The notes: a model not told the origin generated them from the letters alone. Positions 30,633-40,225 are shown, counted from the first letter of the stretch. The stretch: 43,686 nucleotides of DNA from Verrucomicrobiales bacterium (GCA_031265365.1 JAISCS010000206.1:1-43686); one strand, 5' to 3'. Made by a program: numbers and translations.

Positions 30633-31601
30633 ATGTCTCACGCCAAAACACTCAATTTCGAGAACGCGCGGGCGTTGTCCGGTCTTTATGCCGGACAAAC
30701 CGCGTTGCTGGAGACGGTGGAGAAAAAACTCGGCGTCAAAATCACCTCGCGCGACGGGTGGTTGAAGGCGGAGGGCGCGGCGCAGGGCGTGGCGCGGACC
30801 GTCGAGTTGTTCGCCCACCTCCAGCACGCCGCCGGTCACGGGGTGAAAATCCGCGCGCATGAGTTTCTCTTCACGCTGGACGCCGTGGCTGGGGGACGGG
30901 GCGCTGACCTTGACGAGTTGTGGCAGTCGCGCGTCAGTTTGCCGGGCCACCGGGCGGCGCTGACGCCGCGGACGTTCGCGCAGAAGGCTTATCTGGACGC
31001 GCTGCGCGGTCACGACTTGTGCTTCGGCATCGGGCCGGCGGGGACGGGGAAGACGTTCCTCGCGGTGGCGATGGCGGTGGCGGCGTTGAAACACGCTGAC
31101 GTTCACCGCATCGTCCTCACGCGCCCGGCGGTGGAGGCGGGCGAGGCGCTGGGCTTTTTGCCGGGTGACTTGAACGAGAAGATTTTTCCCTACCTGCGCC
31201 CGCTGTACGACGCCTTGCAGGAATTGCTCGGCGCTGACGAGGTCGCGCGATGCATGGAGAAGGGCGTTATCGAAATCGCGCCGCTGGCGTACATGCGCGG
31301 GCGGACGCTGGCCAATTCGTTCGTGATTCTCGATGAGGCGCAGAACACGACGACCGAGCAGATGCTGATGTTCCTCACCCGCCTCGGCCCCGAATCGCGC
31401 TGCGTGGTCACCGGCGACCCGACACAAATTGACCTGCCCCGGCATCGCAAGTCGGGCTTGGTCGAGGCGGCGGCGGCGTTGCGGGGGGTGGAAGGCATTG
31501 CTTTTTATCATTTTGGCGGGCAAGATGTCATCCGGCACGAATTGGTCGGCAAGATTGTCGCGGCGTACAAGAAACATCGCGGCGCGAAACAGGAAGACTG
31601 A
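30633..31601 (+). CDS. phoH: PhoH family protein (YbeZ-like ATPase)
   Basis: GPAGTGKT, RIVLTRPAVEAGE, LGFLPGD, APLAYMRGRTL, DEAQN, GDPTQIDL. Confidence 0.95.
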   Translation: MSHAKTLNFENARALSGLYAGQTALLETVEKKLGVKITSRDGWLKAEGAAQGVARTVELFAHLQHAAGHGVKIRAHEFLFTLDAVAGGRGADLDELWQSRVSLPGHRAALTPRTFAQKAYLDALRGHDLCFGIGPAGTGKTFLAVAMAVAALKHADVHRIVLTRPAVEAGEALGFLPGDLNEKIFPYLRPLYDALQELLGADEVARCMEKGVIEIAPLAYMRGRTLANSFVILDEAQNTTTEQMLMFLTRLGPESRCVVTGDPTQIDLPRHRKSGLVEAAAALRGVEGIAFYHFGGQDVIRHELVGKIVAAYKKHRGAKQED

Positions 31602-31603
31602 CG

Positions 31604-33256
31604 ATGATACTGCAATGGCTCAAACGCAAGTCCCTTGAACGCCGTGGTCTGTCCAGCGGCAAAACCCGGCGGTTGGACCAGGAAACCGACTGGCGCGATG
31701 TCTTTGACCAAAACCGCCCCGCCCACTGGTCCATGCTCGTCCTGCTGTTCCTCGCCTTCGTCCGCATCGGCGCGTGGGCCAGCACGGCGGCGGCTTACGA
31801 GACCTTCGCGCTGTCGGTGCTGCTCATCACGCTGTTCCTGTTTCTGGTGCCGCTGGTGGCGAAGGACGTGTGGAAAAGCAACCAGCTTTTGCTCCTGACC
31901 ATCCTGTGCCTGATAATCAACCTGTTCGTCAACAAATCCATTTTCCTGTACACCAACGACATCAAAATCAGCGGCGAGCAAATCCCCGTGCTGTTGCTGC
32001 CCTCGGCCTTCGCGCCGATGTTGCTCACGATTCTAATCTCACCGTCAGCAGGCTTCATCACGGCCTTCATCTTGTCTGTGTCCGGCATCCTGTTTATTGA
32101 CGCCACGCCGGGCATGTTCCTCAGCAGCCTGCTGACCGGCCTCATCGCGGCGCAACTCAGCCAGCACGTCCGCCGCCGCTCGGACATCCTCATGGCGGGC
32201 GTCAAAATCAGCTTCGTCGGCCTCGCCTGCGCGCTGTTGCTGGGCGGCGTGCTCGACCTCGCCGACGCCAGCACCATCCGTGACAAAACCCATTTCCTGT
32301 TCGTGCAAGCCATCCTCGCCATCGCGCTGGGCGTCATCACCTCCTTCATCGTGCTCGCCATTCTGCCGGTGTTTGAATGGCTGTTCGACCGCATCACCGA
32401 CATCTCGTGGGTCGAGCTGGCCGACCTCAAGCATCCGCTGCTCAAGCAACTCGCTGATGAAGCCCCCGGCACGTTTCACCACAGCTTGAACGTCGCCAAC
32501 CTCGCCGAGTCCGCCGCCGAGGCCATCGGCGCCAACCCCACGCAATGCCGCGTCTGCGCGTACTTCCACGACATCGGCAAGCTCGACAAGCCGCAGTATT
32601 TCACCGAGAACATCCCGCCTGGCCAGGACCCGCACGCGTCGCTGACCCCCTCCATGAGCGCGCTGATTATCATCAACCACGTCAAGGACGGCATTGACCG
32701 CGCGCTCAAACACGGCCTGCGCCAGCCGCTGATTGACGTCATCAAGGAGCACCACGGCACCTCGCTGGTCTATTACTTTTTCAAGCGCGCCCAGCAACAA
32801 CAGCAGGACGCCCGTGTCGGCATCAAAATCATGAAACTGCGCGAGGAGGACATCCCCGCGGTCGACCCCGGTTCCTTCCGCTACCCCGGCCCCATCCCGC
32901 AAAGCAAGGAATCCGCCATCATCTCGCTCGCCGACGTCGTGGAAGGCGCCTCGCGCTCGCTGAAAAATCCCACCGCCCAGCGCGTCGAGAGCTTCGTCCG
33001 CGAAATCATCAAGGGGCGCATCCAAGAAGGCCAACTTGACGAGTCCTGCCTCACGTTTAACGAAATCTCCGTCATCACCAGCCGCTTCATTTTCACCCTG
33101 AAGAACATGCTCCATGCACGCCCCGAATACCCCAGCAAAAACAAAAAGGAAAAGGAAAAGCCCGCCAACGGTCAAAACGGCCAGCACGGTCAAGGTCAGC
33201 ATCCTCAACCGCCAGCGCCGCAGACTCCCGCTCCGCCAACTGCGCCGGCAAACTGA
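31604..33256 (+). CDS. 7TM-HD family phosphohydrolase (HDIG; PgpH/YqfF-like)
   Basis: Multi-TM domain, then APGTFHHS, YFHDIGK, EHHGT, FRYPGP, LADVVE; phoH-HD-ybeY synteny. Confidence 0.92.
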   Translation: MILQWLKRKSLERRGLSSGKTRRLDQETDWRDVFDQNRPAHWSMLVLLFLAFVRIGAWASTAAAYETFALSVLLITLFLFLVPLVAKDVWKSNQLLLLTILCLIINLFVNKSIFLYTNDIKISGEQIPVLLLPSAFAPMLLTILISPSAGFITAFILSVSGILFIDATPGMFLSSLLTGLIAAQLSQHVRRRSDILMAGVKISFVGLACALLLGGVLDLADASTIRDKTHFLFVQAILAIALGVITSFIVLAILPVFEWLFDRITDISWVELADLKHPLLKQLADEAPGTFHHSLNVANLAESAAEAIGANPTQCRVCAYFHDIGKLDKPQYFTENIPPGQDPHASLTPSMSALIIINHVKDGIDRALKHGLRQPLIDVIKEHHGTSLVYYFFKRAQQQQQDARVGIKIMKLREEDIPAVDPGSFRYPGPIPQSKESAIISLADVVEGASRSLKNPTAQRVESFVREIIKGRIQEGQLDESCLTFNEISVITSRFIFTLKNMLHARPEYPSKNKKEKEKPANGQNGQHGQGQHPQPPAPQTPAPPTAPAN

Positions 33257-33614
33257 GCTGACCCTCGGCGCGCTGGCCCGCCGCTGGCCGGCGCGCCTGC
33301 GGGAACTCACCGTCGTCATGGTCAGCGAGGCCGAGAGCGGGCGCGTCCACGCCGAGTTTCTCAACGACCCAACGCCGACCGACGTCATCACCTTCGCCGA
33401 CGGTGAACTCATCATCTGCCCCGCCGTGGCTGACCGTCAGCGGCACATCGAGGGATTGACACTGCCAGCGGAAGTATTGACCTACATCATCCACGGTTGC
33501 CTGCACCTCTGCGGCTACGACGACCGTGCCGACGCCGATTTTCAAACCATGCGCCGCGCACAAACGCGCCTTCGCCGGCAAATACAGGCCACAAAGGTGA
33601 TTCCTCGTCATTAG
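33114..33614 (+). CDS. ybeY: rRNA maturation RNase YbeY
   Basis: PTDVITF and HGCLHLCGYDD metal-binding motif (the last canonical His is Asp here); overlaps the HD gene by 143 bp. Confidence 0.88.
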   Translation: MHAPNTPAKTKRKRKSPPTVKTASTVKVSILNRQRRRLPLRQLRRQTELTLGALARRWPARLRELTVVMVSEAESGRVHAEFLNDPTPTDVITFADGELIICPAVADRQRHIEGLTLPAEVLTYIIHGCLHLCGYDDRADADFQTMRRAQTRLRRQIQATKVIPRH

Positions 33615-33800
33615 CAGTGGCAGCACTGACGCCGGCACACTCCCCACCGCCCCTGCCTCCCGCGCCAGCAAATTCCCCTTCCGTGAAGGGGTGGCGGCGC
33701 GAGCCGACGGGGTAGTTCAGCGTTACTGGGGAAGTACTAACCCCGAACGCTGAACTACCCCGTCCGCTGGCGCGTCCATTCCTTCACGGAAGGGAAATTT
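33599..33800 (+). mobile_element. Partial MITE copy 6 (left end plus palindromic core)
   Basis: GATTCCTCGTCATTAGCAGTGGCAGCACTGACG resembles the left end at 17977; core at 33671-33799; right end absent. Confidence 0.82.
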
Positions 33801-34869
33801 ACCCAATTCCCAGCCACCCGAACAGCCGGTACATGCAGTAGCTGAACACCCCGCACACCGGCAGCGTGAAAATCCACGCCCAGACCATTTGCTCCACCAC
33901 GCCCCATTTCACCGAGCGAAACCGCTTGGCGCAGCCCATGCCCATGATGGACGAGGAGATGACGTGCGTGGTCGACACCGGAATGCCCCAGTGCGAGGCG
34001 ATTTGAATGATGGTCGCCGACGCCGTTTCCGCCGCGAACCCGTGCACCGGCTGCATCTTCACCATCTTGTGACCGAGGGTGCGGATGATGCGCCAGCCGC
34101 CCGCCGCCGTGCCCGCCGCCATCGTCAACGCGCAGGTGATTTTCACCCACAGCGCGACGTCGAAGGCCGGCGTGCGGAGGAAGTGCAACCAGCGCGGCAA
34201 TTGCTCGAACACGCCGCCGCTGGTGGCGGTGAACAGCGCCAGCGCGATGATGCCCATGGTTTTTTGCGCGTCGTTCATGCCGTGGCTCAGCGCCATGTAC
34301 GCGGCGCTGACCCACTGGCCTTTGCCGAAGATGCGGTTGGCCAGGCTGGGCCGCATTTTTTGACACAGGACGAGGATGGCCATCATCATGATGAAGCCGA
34401 GGATGAAGCCCGCCGCCGGCGAGAGCAGCATCGGCAGGATGACCTTCGGCCACAGGCCCTCGGCGTGGCCGGTGACGGGGTTGAGAATGTCCCACTTGAG
34501 CACGCCCCAGTCCCCGCGCGCGGTGGCCAGCGCCGCGCCGCACAGGCCGCCGATGAGCGCGTGGCTGGAGCTGGACGGCAGGCCGACGTACCAGGTGAGC
34601 AGGTTCCAGAAAATCGCGCCGAGCAGCGCGGCGGCGATGGTGCCGAGGGTGACGGAGTGCGCGTCCACGATGCCGCTGCCGATGGTCTTGGCGACGGCGA
34701 CGCCGATGAGCGCGCCGAACAGGTTGCACGCGGCGGCGAGGCAGATGGCGGCGCGCGGCGAGAGGGCGCGGGTGGACACCACCGTGGCGATGGAGTTGGC
34801 GGTGTCGTGGAAGCCGTTGATGTATTCAAACACCAGCGCGGCCAGGATGACAAATAGGACGACGGTCAT
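33799..34869 (-). CDS. pit: Inorganic phosphate transporter (PiT family)
   Basis: NGFHDTAN, GLPSSSSH, HGMNDAQK, PVSTTH signatures. Confidence 0.95.
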   Translation of the reverse strand: MTVVLFVILAALVFEYINGFHDTANSIATVVSTRALSPRAAICLAAACNLFGALIGVAVAKTIGSGIVDAHSVTLGTIAAALLGAIFWNLLTWYVGLPSSSSHALIGGLCGAALATARGDWGVLKWDILNPVTGHAEGLWPKVILPMLLSPAAGFILGFIMMMAILVLCQKMRPSLANRIFGKGQWVSAAYMALSHGMNDAQKTMGIIALALFTATSGGVFEQLPRWLHFLRTPAFDVALWVKITCALTMAAGTAAGGWRIIRTLGHKMVKMQPVHGFAAETASATIIQIASHWGIPVSTTHVISSSIMGMGCAKRFRSVKWGVVEQMVWAWIFTLPVCGVFSYCMYRLFGWLGIG

Positions 34870-34878
34870 GGTAGGGTT

Positions 34879-35043
34879 AACTCAAATCGCAAAACTCAAA
34901 TCGCAAAACCATAGGGCAAATCGCAAAACTCGCTGGCGCTAACAAGGCGGACAGCCAAATAGCGCCAGCGACTTTTGGGTTTTGCCTTGTGGTTTTGCGC
35001 TTTGAGCTTTGAGTTTTGAGTTTTGAACTTTGCATTTTGAGTT
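34879..35043. repeat. Gene-less long hairpin of 7-nt-period arms (CAAAACT/CAAATCG vs TTTTGAG)
   Basis: Inner stem TCGCTGGCGCTA/TAGCGCCAGCGA with heptamer-repeat outer arms; separates the DUF47 and pit genes. Confidence 0.85.
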
Positions 35044-35046
35044 CCT

Positions 35047-35676
35047 TCAGGAGTACTTCAACACGATGTAATTAATGATGTTCCCCGTCGTGCGGCAGCG
35101 GTCGATGATTTTTTCCAGCGTCTCGTAAAGGTGCCGGCGGATGATGACCGTCAGCGGGTCGTAGCGGCCGCTGTACAAGTCCTTGAGCAACTCCAGCATC
35201 AACCGGTCGCCCTCGCCCTCGATGGTTTGCAGATGGTTGTTCAAGTCGCGCACGTTCTCGATGTTGGCGTGGCGGCGCAGTTTTTTCACCATCTCGCGGA
35301 TGGTCTGCGTGGCGTCGTCCAGCAACAGCGCCTGCTTGAGAAAATCCGCCGTCTGGATGTGGTCGGGCGACACCAGCAGCCGCTCGCAAAAACGCTCGAC
35401 GGTCTTTGGGATTTTGTACAAGGCCAGCGTCAGCGACTCGATGTCCTCGCGCTCAATCGGCGTGCTGAAGCTGGTGGCGAGCAGCGTGGAAATGTCGTCG
35501 CGGATGCGTTTTTGCTTGCGGCGGTGGTCGGTGAATTTGTCGAGCCGGCGCTCGGCGGCGGGCGTCTTGAGCAGGGCGACCAGCTCGATGGCGCTGTCGT
35601 GGCACTCCTCCGAGGCCGCGCCAAGCAAGTCGTAAAACTTGTCGCTGTTACTGAACCAACGCTGAATGGAAAACAT
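35047..35676 (-). CDS. DUF47 / PhoU-like phosphate transport regulator
   Basis: SFSTPIEREDI and IEGEGD motifs; adjacent to pit. Confidence 0.9.
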   Translation of the reverse strand: MFSIQRWFSNSDKFYDLLGAASEECHDSAIELVALLKTPAAERRLDKFTDHRRKQKRIRDDISTLLATSFSTPIEREDIESLTLALYKIPKTVERFCERLLVSPDHIQTADFLKQALLLDDATQTIREMVKKLRRHANIENVRDLNNHLQTIEGEGDRLMLELLKDLYSGRYDPLTVIIRRHLYETLEKIIDRCRTTGNIINYIVLKYS

Positions 35677-35733
35677 AGGGCGGGGATTGTGACAGAAAAA
35701 CGGCGGGGTTCAAAGCGCAAAACCGTGGCGGGT

Positions 35734-37224
35734 TCACTGCTCCATGCTGGAAAGCTGCGCCAGCTTCACGCGCAGGCGGAACCACCAATCGGCCTCGTCA
35801 AAGAGGTTCATGTTCTCCGCGCGCGCGCTGGCGAAATCGCGTTCCAGCATTTGATGAACGTCAGCGGCGAAGGCCCGGTCGTTCACGGCGGCGGTCAACT
35901 CGAAGTTGAGCATCAGCGAGCGGTAGTCCGCGTTGACCGAGCCAACCAGCGCGAGGTCATCGTCAGCGAGCAACACCTTCTGGTGCATGAAGCCGGGCAG
36001 ATAACGGTAAATCTTCACCCCCGCGTCGCGCATCGCGGGGTAGTAGGAGAACGCCGACCACCACGGCAGCAGATGGTCGGGCCGCGACGGCAGCAGCACC
36101 CGCGTGTCCACGCCGCGCAAGGCCGCCTGCGTCAGCGCCTGCCGCAACACCGAGTCCGGCACGAAGTACGGGCTGGCCAGCCACAACCGCCGCTTCGCCG
36201 CCTGAATGACCGTGGCGAACACGGACAGGCAGCCGTTGCAGCGGTCGGCGGGGCCGGAGGCGAACACGACGGCGGGGAGGGATTGATGATGGAATATTGA
36301 GGATTGATTATTTGGGCGGGGCCGGTCTGCAACGCCGGCGGCTGGCCAATTATCAATCGGCAAACCATCGTCGATTAGCTCCTCCGTGGCGTAAAACCAG
36401 TCCTCGGCAAAGTTCACCCGCAGCGCGCTGACGGCGGGGCCGCGCAACTCCATGTGCGTGTCGCGCCACGAGTCGAATTTTGCGCCGCCGGTGAGGTACT
36501 CGTCCGCGGCGTTCAAGCCGCCGAGAAACGCCGCCTCATGGTCGGCGAGCACCAGCTTGCGGTGGTTGCGGAAGTTGATTTGAAAGTTCATACCGAGCTG
36601 CCGGTTGGTGACAAAGCCTTGAATCCGCACCCCCGCACGGCGCAGCGCCTCAAGGTAAGGCAGGGTGATTTGTTTGGAGCCGACGCTGTCATACAGCACG
36701 TAAATTTTCACCCCGCGCCCGGCGGCGGCGATGAGGCGGTCTTTCAACCGGTTGCCGAGTTGGTCGTCGCTGATGATGAAGAACTGCACCAGCACCGAGT
36801 GCCGCGCCGCGTCAATGGCGGCGAAGATGGCGTCGAACGTTGCCGTGCCGTTGACCAGCAGCCGCGCCGAGTTGCCGCCGGTGACGGGCAGCCCGCGCAA
36901 TTTCTCCACCAGCAGCGCCGCGTCCGCGTATTTTTCGGAGAACCCGCCGCGCGCCGCCGACATTGACGACCAGGCGCGGACGAGCATGGCATCCAACCCG
37001 GCGTTGCCGCCGTCGCCGGCCTTGGTGTAGCCGGAGAAGCGCGACTCCCCGAACACCAAGAACAGCGGGATGGCGAACACCGGCAGGAACAGCAACGCCA
37101 GGCTCCACCCCACCGCCGCCTGCGGTGTGCGGGCGATGAACAGCGCCTTGGGAATCAACACCCAGCCGGTGAGTTGAATCACCGCCAGCAAGAAACTCGC
37201 AATCCAGTGCCAGTGAATTTCCAT
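35734..37224 (-). CDS. cls: Cardiolipin synthase
   Basis: Two N-terminal TMs, two HKD motifs (NHRKLVLAD, MHQKVLLAD), WRDTH, SPYFVPD. Confidence 0.93.
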   Translation of the reverse strand: MEIHWHWIASFLLAVIQLTGWVLIPKALFIARTPQAAVGWSLALLFLPVFAIPLFLVFGESRFSGYTKAGDGGNAGLDAMLVRAWSSMSAARGGFSEKYADAALLVEKLRGLPVTGGNSARLLVNGTATFDAIFAAIDAARHSVLVQFFIISDDQLGNRLKDRLIAAAGRGVKIYVLYDSVGSKQITLPYLEALRRAGVRIQGFVTNRQLGMNFQINFRNHRKLVLADHEAAFLGGLNAADEYLTGGAKFDSWRDTHMELRGPAVSALRVNFAEDWFYATEELIDDGLPIDNWPAAGVADRPRPNNQSSIFHHQSLPAVVFASGPADRCNGCLSVFATVIQAAKRRLWLASPYFVPDSVLRQALTQAALRGVDTRVLLPSRPDHLLPWWSAFSYYPAMRDAGVKIYRYLPGFMHQKVLLADDDLALVGSVNADYRSLMLNFELTAAVNDRAFAADVHQMLERDFASARAENMNLFDEADWWFRLRVKLAQLSSMEQ

Positions 37225-37417
37225 CCCGCCGAGAATGCGGCAAGTGGCGGGAAAACGAAAGCCTTTTTAGGTTCCATCCCATTATCCGTGAAATTGTTGG
37301 TACCGAAACAGGAACCATATTTCCAGATAAAACACAAAAGAAACCGTGATACGTCCATTCCGCTCGGCTCTGCATTTGTTACCCTTGTTTTACCGTGAAA
37401 TCAACCAAGGGAAAAAC

Positions 37418-37525
37418 ATGAAAACAATCGAGGCATTCATCTTGGGATTCTTGTTGGCGGGAAGTGTCCAGACCACCCTCGTCCTGCTGGGCGTCGGCGC
37501 GTCCGTGGTATGGGGCCTGCGGTGA
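37418..37525 (+). CDS. Putative 35-aa hydrophobic small protein
   Basis: MKTIEAFILGFLLAGSVQTTLVLLGVGASVVWGLR; AAGGGA RBS-like site upstream; terminator downstream. Confidence 0.6.
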   Translation: MKTIEAFILGFLLAGSVQTTLVLLGVGASVVWGLR

Positions 37526-37559
37526 CGGGGAAAATTTCATGGGTGATTGGGTTCCTTGG

Positions 37560-37609
37560 CCGGCGGCGGTTGCATTCAGGAGAGTGAACCGCCGCCGGTT
37601 TGATTTTTT
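37560..37609 (+). terminator. Rho-independent terminator
   Basis: 12-bp perfect stem CCGGCGGCGGTT/AACCGCCGCCGG followed by TTTGATTTTTT. Confidence 0.78.
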
Positions 37610-37627
37610 AGAAAGACGCTGACAGTC

Positions 37628-38767
37628 ATGAAACTCGACTATGTGAAAAAATACCTGCCCGTGGGTTCCTTCGGAATCTCACTGCTGCTCCACCTCGCCA
37701 TCTTCATCGGCATCAGCGGCATCGTCCTCATCCAATCAGTCCCCTCCAAGCAATTCTTCTCCACCGAACCCGGCGGCCCCACCTCCGACCTGCCGCCGCC
37801 CCCCGAAATACCCGACGAGAATATTGACCCCGACCCGTCCGGCGACCCCGCTGACGCTGCCGAGGAAGTCCAGCCCGCCCGCTCCGCCGTCCCCGTCGAG
37901 CAAATCACCAGCAGCGTCGCCACCAACGTCACCTTCACTCTGCCCCCGCAAATCGGCACCGTTACCGGCGCCGCCGACGGCATTGGCAAGGGTGGCGTCC
38001 CCGGCGGCAAGGGCAGCGGCGGCAGGGGCGGCCCGCCCCGCGCGCTGGCCAACCCCTTCGGCGACCGCAATATCAGCGGCGATGACGCCCTCGTCGGCAC
38101 CATGTACGACCTCAAGCAAACCGCCAACCGCAAACCCTCCAAATTCGCCCCCGACACCGCGCGGGAAGAATACCTCGCCTTCGTCAAACGCCTCGCCTCT
38201 TCTTGGAACCGCGCCCTGCTCGAACCCTATTACAAAGTGGAGCAACCCATCGGCACCTATCAAATCTTCATCCCCAAAATATTCGCCACCGCCGCGCCCG
38301 CCGCGTTCAAGGCGGAAAAATACGTCGCCCCCAAGCGCTGGGTCATCCTCTACACCGGCAACTTCACCTCCCCCGCCAGCGGCACCTACCGCTTCGTCGC
38401 CCTCGCCGACGATGTGTTGGTCGTCCGCCTCAACGGTCGCGTCGTCGCCGACGGCTCCCTCTTCCCCGCCACCAGTTGCCGCCGCGAAATCCTCGGCAAA
38501 CCGTATATCATCGACCACCCGCAATTCCAAATGTACGCCGGTGAATGGTTCCAGTTGGAGAAAGGCAAGCAATATCCCCTCGAAATACTCCTCGGCGAAA
38601 ACCCTGGCGGGGATTTCGCCGCCTACCTGCAAATCCAGGAAAAAGGCGTCGAATATCCGCAAAGGAAAGGCTTCGGTCCCGCGCTCCCCGTCTTCCAAAC
38701 CCGCCCCTGCGCCATCCCGCGCGGCATCATCCCCCCCATCGCCCCCAAGCCCTTCGTCAACGAATGA
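37628..38767 (+). CDS. Membrane-anchored protein with Pro/Gly-rich linker and PA14-like C-terminal domain
   Basis: SLLLHLAI anchor; LVGTMYDLKQ; YTGNFTSP.SGTYRFVALADD; LEKGKQYPLEI (PA14-like pattern). Confidence 0.75.
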   Translation: MKLDYVKKYLPVGSFGISLLLHLAIFIGISGIVLIQSVPSKQFFSTEPGGPTSDLPPPPEIPDENIDPDPSGDPADAAEEVQPARSAVPVEQITSSVATNVTFTLPPQIGTVTGAADGIGKGGVPGGKGSGGRGGPPRALANPFGDRNISGDDALVGTMYDLKQTANRKPSKFAPDTAREEYLAFVKRLASSWNRALLEPYYKVEQPIGTYQIFIPKIFATAAPAAFKAEKYVAPKRWVILYTGNFTSPASGTYRFVALADDVLVVRLNGRVVADGSLFPATSCRREILGKPYIIDHPQFQMYAGEWFQLEKGKQYPLEILLGENPGGDFAAYLQIQEKGVEYPQRKGFGPALPVFQTRPCAIPRGIIPPIAPKPFVNE

Positions 38768-38790
38768 CCGCGCGCGCCGGCGACAAGGGT

Positions 38791-38913
38791 AAATTCCCCT
38801 TCCGTGAAGGGGTGGCCGCGCCAGCGGACGGGGTAGTTCAGCGTTACAGGGACTTGGCCCCGAACGCTGAACTACCCCGTCGCTCCGCGCCACTCCTTCA
38901 CGGAAGGGGAATT
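38791..38913. repeat. Free-standing palindromic core of the MITE (copy 7, no ends)
   Basis: AATTCCCCTTCCGTGAAGGGGTGG...CCACTCCTTCACGGAAGGGGAATT. Confidence 0.88.
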
Positions 38914-39017
38914 GGGGAATTGCCGGGTGTGTGGCCATGCCCGGTGGCGGCGCTGACTGACGCCGCCGCCCGTTTTGCTTGCGCGCGGTGGACGGGTGAT
39001 TAGAATGGCCGCCGTTC

Positions 39018-39557
39018 ATGGAAGACCAAGGCATTATCCTCCGCCGGTTGCCGTACTCGGAGACCAGTCTCATCCTGAGCTGGCTCACGGAACGGCACGG
39101 GTTGGTTCGCACGCTGGCCAAGGGGGCGGCGAAACCCAGACAGCCGTTGCATGGCAGGACGGATGTTTTTTCGCAGGGGCGCGTGTGCTGGATTCCGTCG
39201 GCGTGGTCGCAGTTGCACATTTTGAAGGAGGTCACGGTCGAGCACGCCAATCGCGGCCTCGCCAAGTCTTACGCCAGTCTGCTGACGGCGACGTATTTTT
39301 GCGAGGTCATCGAGTTGCTGGTCGAGCCGCAGCATCCGGTTCCCGAAATTTACGGTCTTTATCATCAGGCACTGCGTTATCTGCAAGAAAAGCCGGCCAG
39401 TCCGCTGTTGGTGGAGCGGTTCGAGCGCAAGTTGCTTGACCTTCTCGGTCTTAACCACGGTGACAAACCCATCGAGCAACTCCGCCGCCACGCTTATCCG
39501 CGCCAGCCGAGGACTTACCAACGCTTGAAGGATGAGCTGGCCGGGGGCCGGCCATGA
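39018..39557 (+). CDS. recO: DNA repair protein RecO (short form)
   Basis: GIILRRLPYSETSLI...GLVRTLAKGA N-terminal OB-fold pattern; FERKLL. Confidence 0.88.
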   Translation: MEDQGIILRRLPYSETSLILSWLTERHGLVRTLAKGAAKPRQPLHGRTDVFSQGRVCWIPSAWSQLHILKEVTVEHANRGLAKSYASLLTATYFCEVIELLVEPQHPVPEIYGLYHQALRYLQEKPASPLLVERFERKLLDLLGLNHGDKPIEQLRRHAYPRQPRTYQRLKDELAGGRP

Positions 39558-40225
39558 GCGCCGGCCGTTATCCTGAATTTCTCGAATTTGCCCCGCTGAC
39601 GGTGGCGGCGCTGTCGCATTGTTTCACTTTGCGAACCGCGCCGCCCGCGCGCGCGCCGGTGTTCCCGTTCGCCGGCGCCCGCCATGTTCAGGCGGAGCAA
39701 GTTCATGGTCACCTCACCGTCAGCGTCGGCGCCGCCGACCATGACCGCGTCATCCCCGGCGCCGACGCGCTCATCACCGACACGCCGCGGCTGACACTGG
39801 CCGTCCGCGTCGCCGACTGCGGGCCGGTGTATTTTTTCGACCCCGCGCGAAACGCCATCGGCCTCGCCCATGCGGGGAAAAAAGGCACGGCGCTGAACAT
39901 CACCGGTGTCACCGTCAGCGCCATGACCCAACACTTCGGCACCCGCCCGCGCGACCTCGTCGTGGTGCTCGGCCCGTGCATCCGCCCGCCGCATTACGAG
40001 ATTGATTTCGCCGCTGACATTCACCGGCAGGCGCGCGCCGCCGGCGTGGTGAATTTTTACGATTGCGGGCTGGACACCGCCGCCGACCGTGACCGCTTTT
40101 ATTCCTACCGCATGGAACAAGGCCGGACCGGGCGGCACTACGCCTTCCTCATGCTGAACGGCCCGCCGTCCCCTGCCCCCGCCACAACCATTTCACCAGC
40201 AGGTAAGTCGTCACGCCGCAAATAA
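39554..40225 (+). CDS. pgeF: Polyphenol oxidase / laccase-domain family protein (YfiH/PgeF)
   Basis: EQVHG, ADALIT, VADCGPV, AHAG, GPCI, FYSYR. Confidence 0.88.
   Translation: MSAGRYPEFLEFAPLTVAALSHCFTLRTAPPARAPVFPFAGARHVQAEQVHGHLTVSVGAADHDRVIPGADALITDTPRLTLAVRVADCGPVYFFDPARNAIGLAHAGKKGTALNITGVTVSAMTQHFGTRPRDLVVVLGPCIRPPHYEIDFAADIHRQARAAGVVNFYDCGLDTAADRDRFYSYRMEQGRTGRHYAFLMLNGPPSPAPATTISPAGKSSRRK

Noticed and set aside
40149-40225. 77-bp convergent overlap of pgeF and the DUF2062 gene
   Set aside because: Involves only non-conserved tails; common in GC-rich genomes
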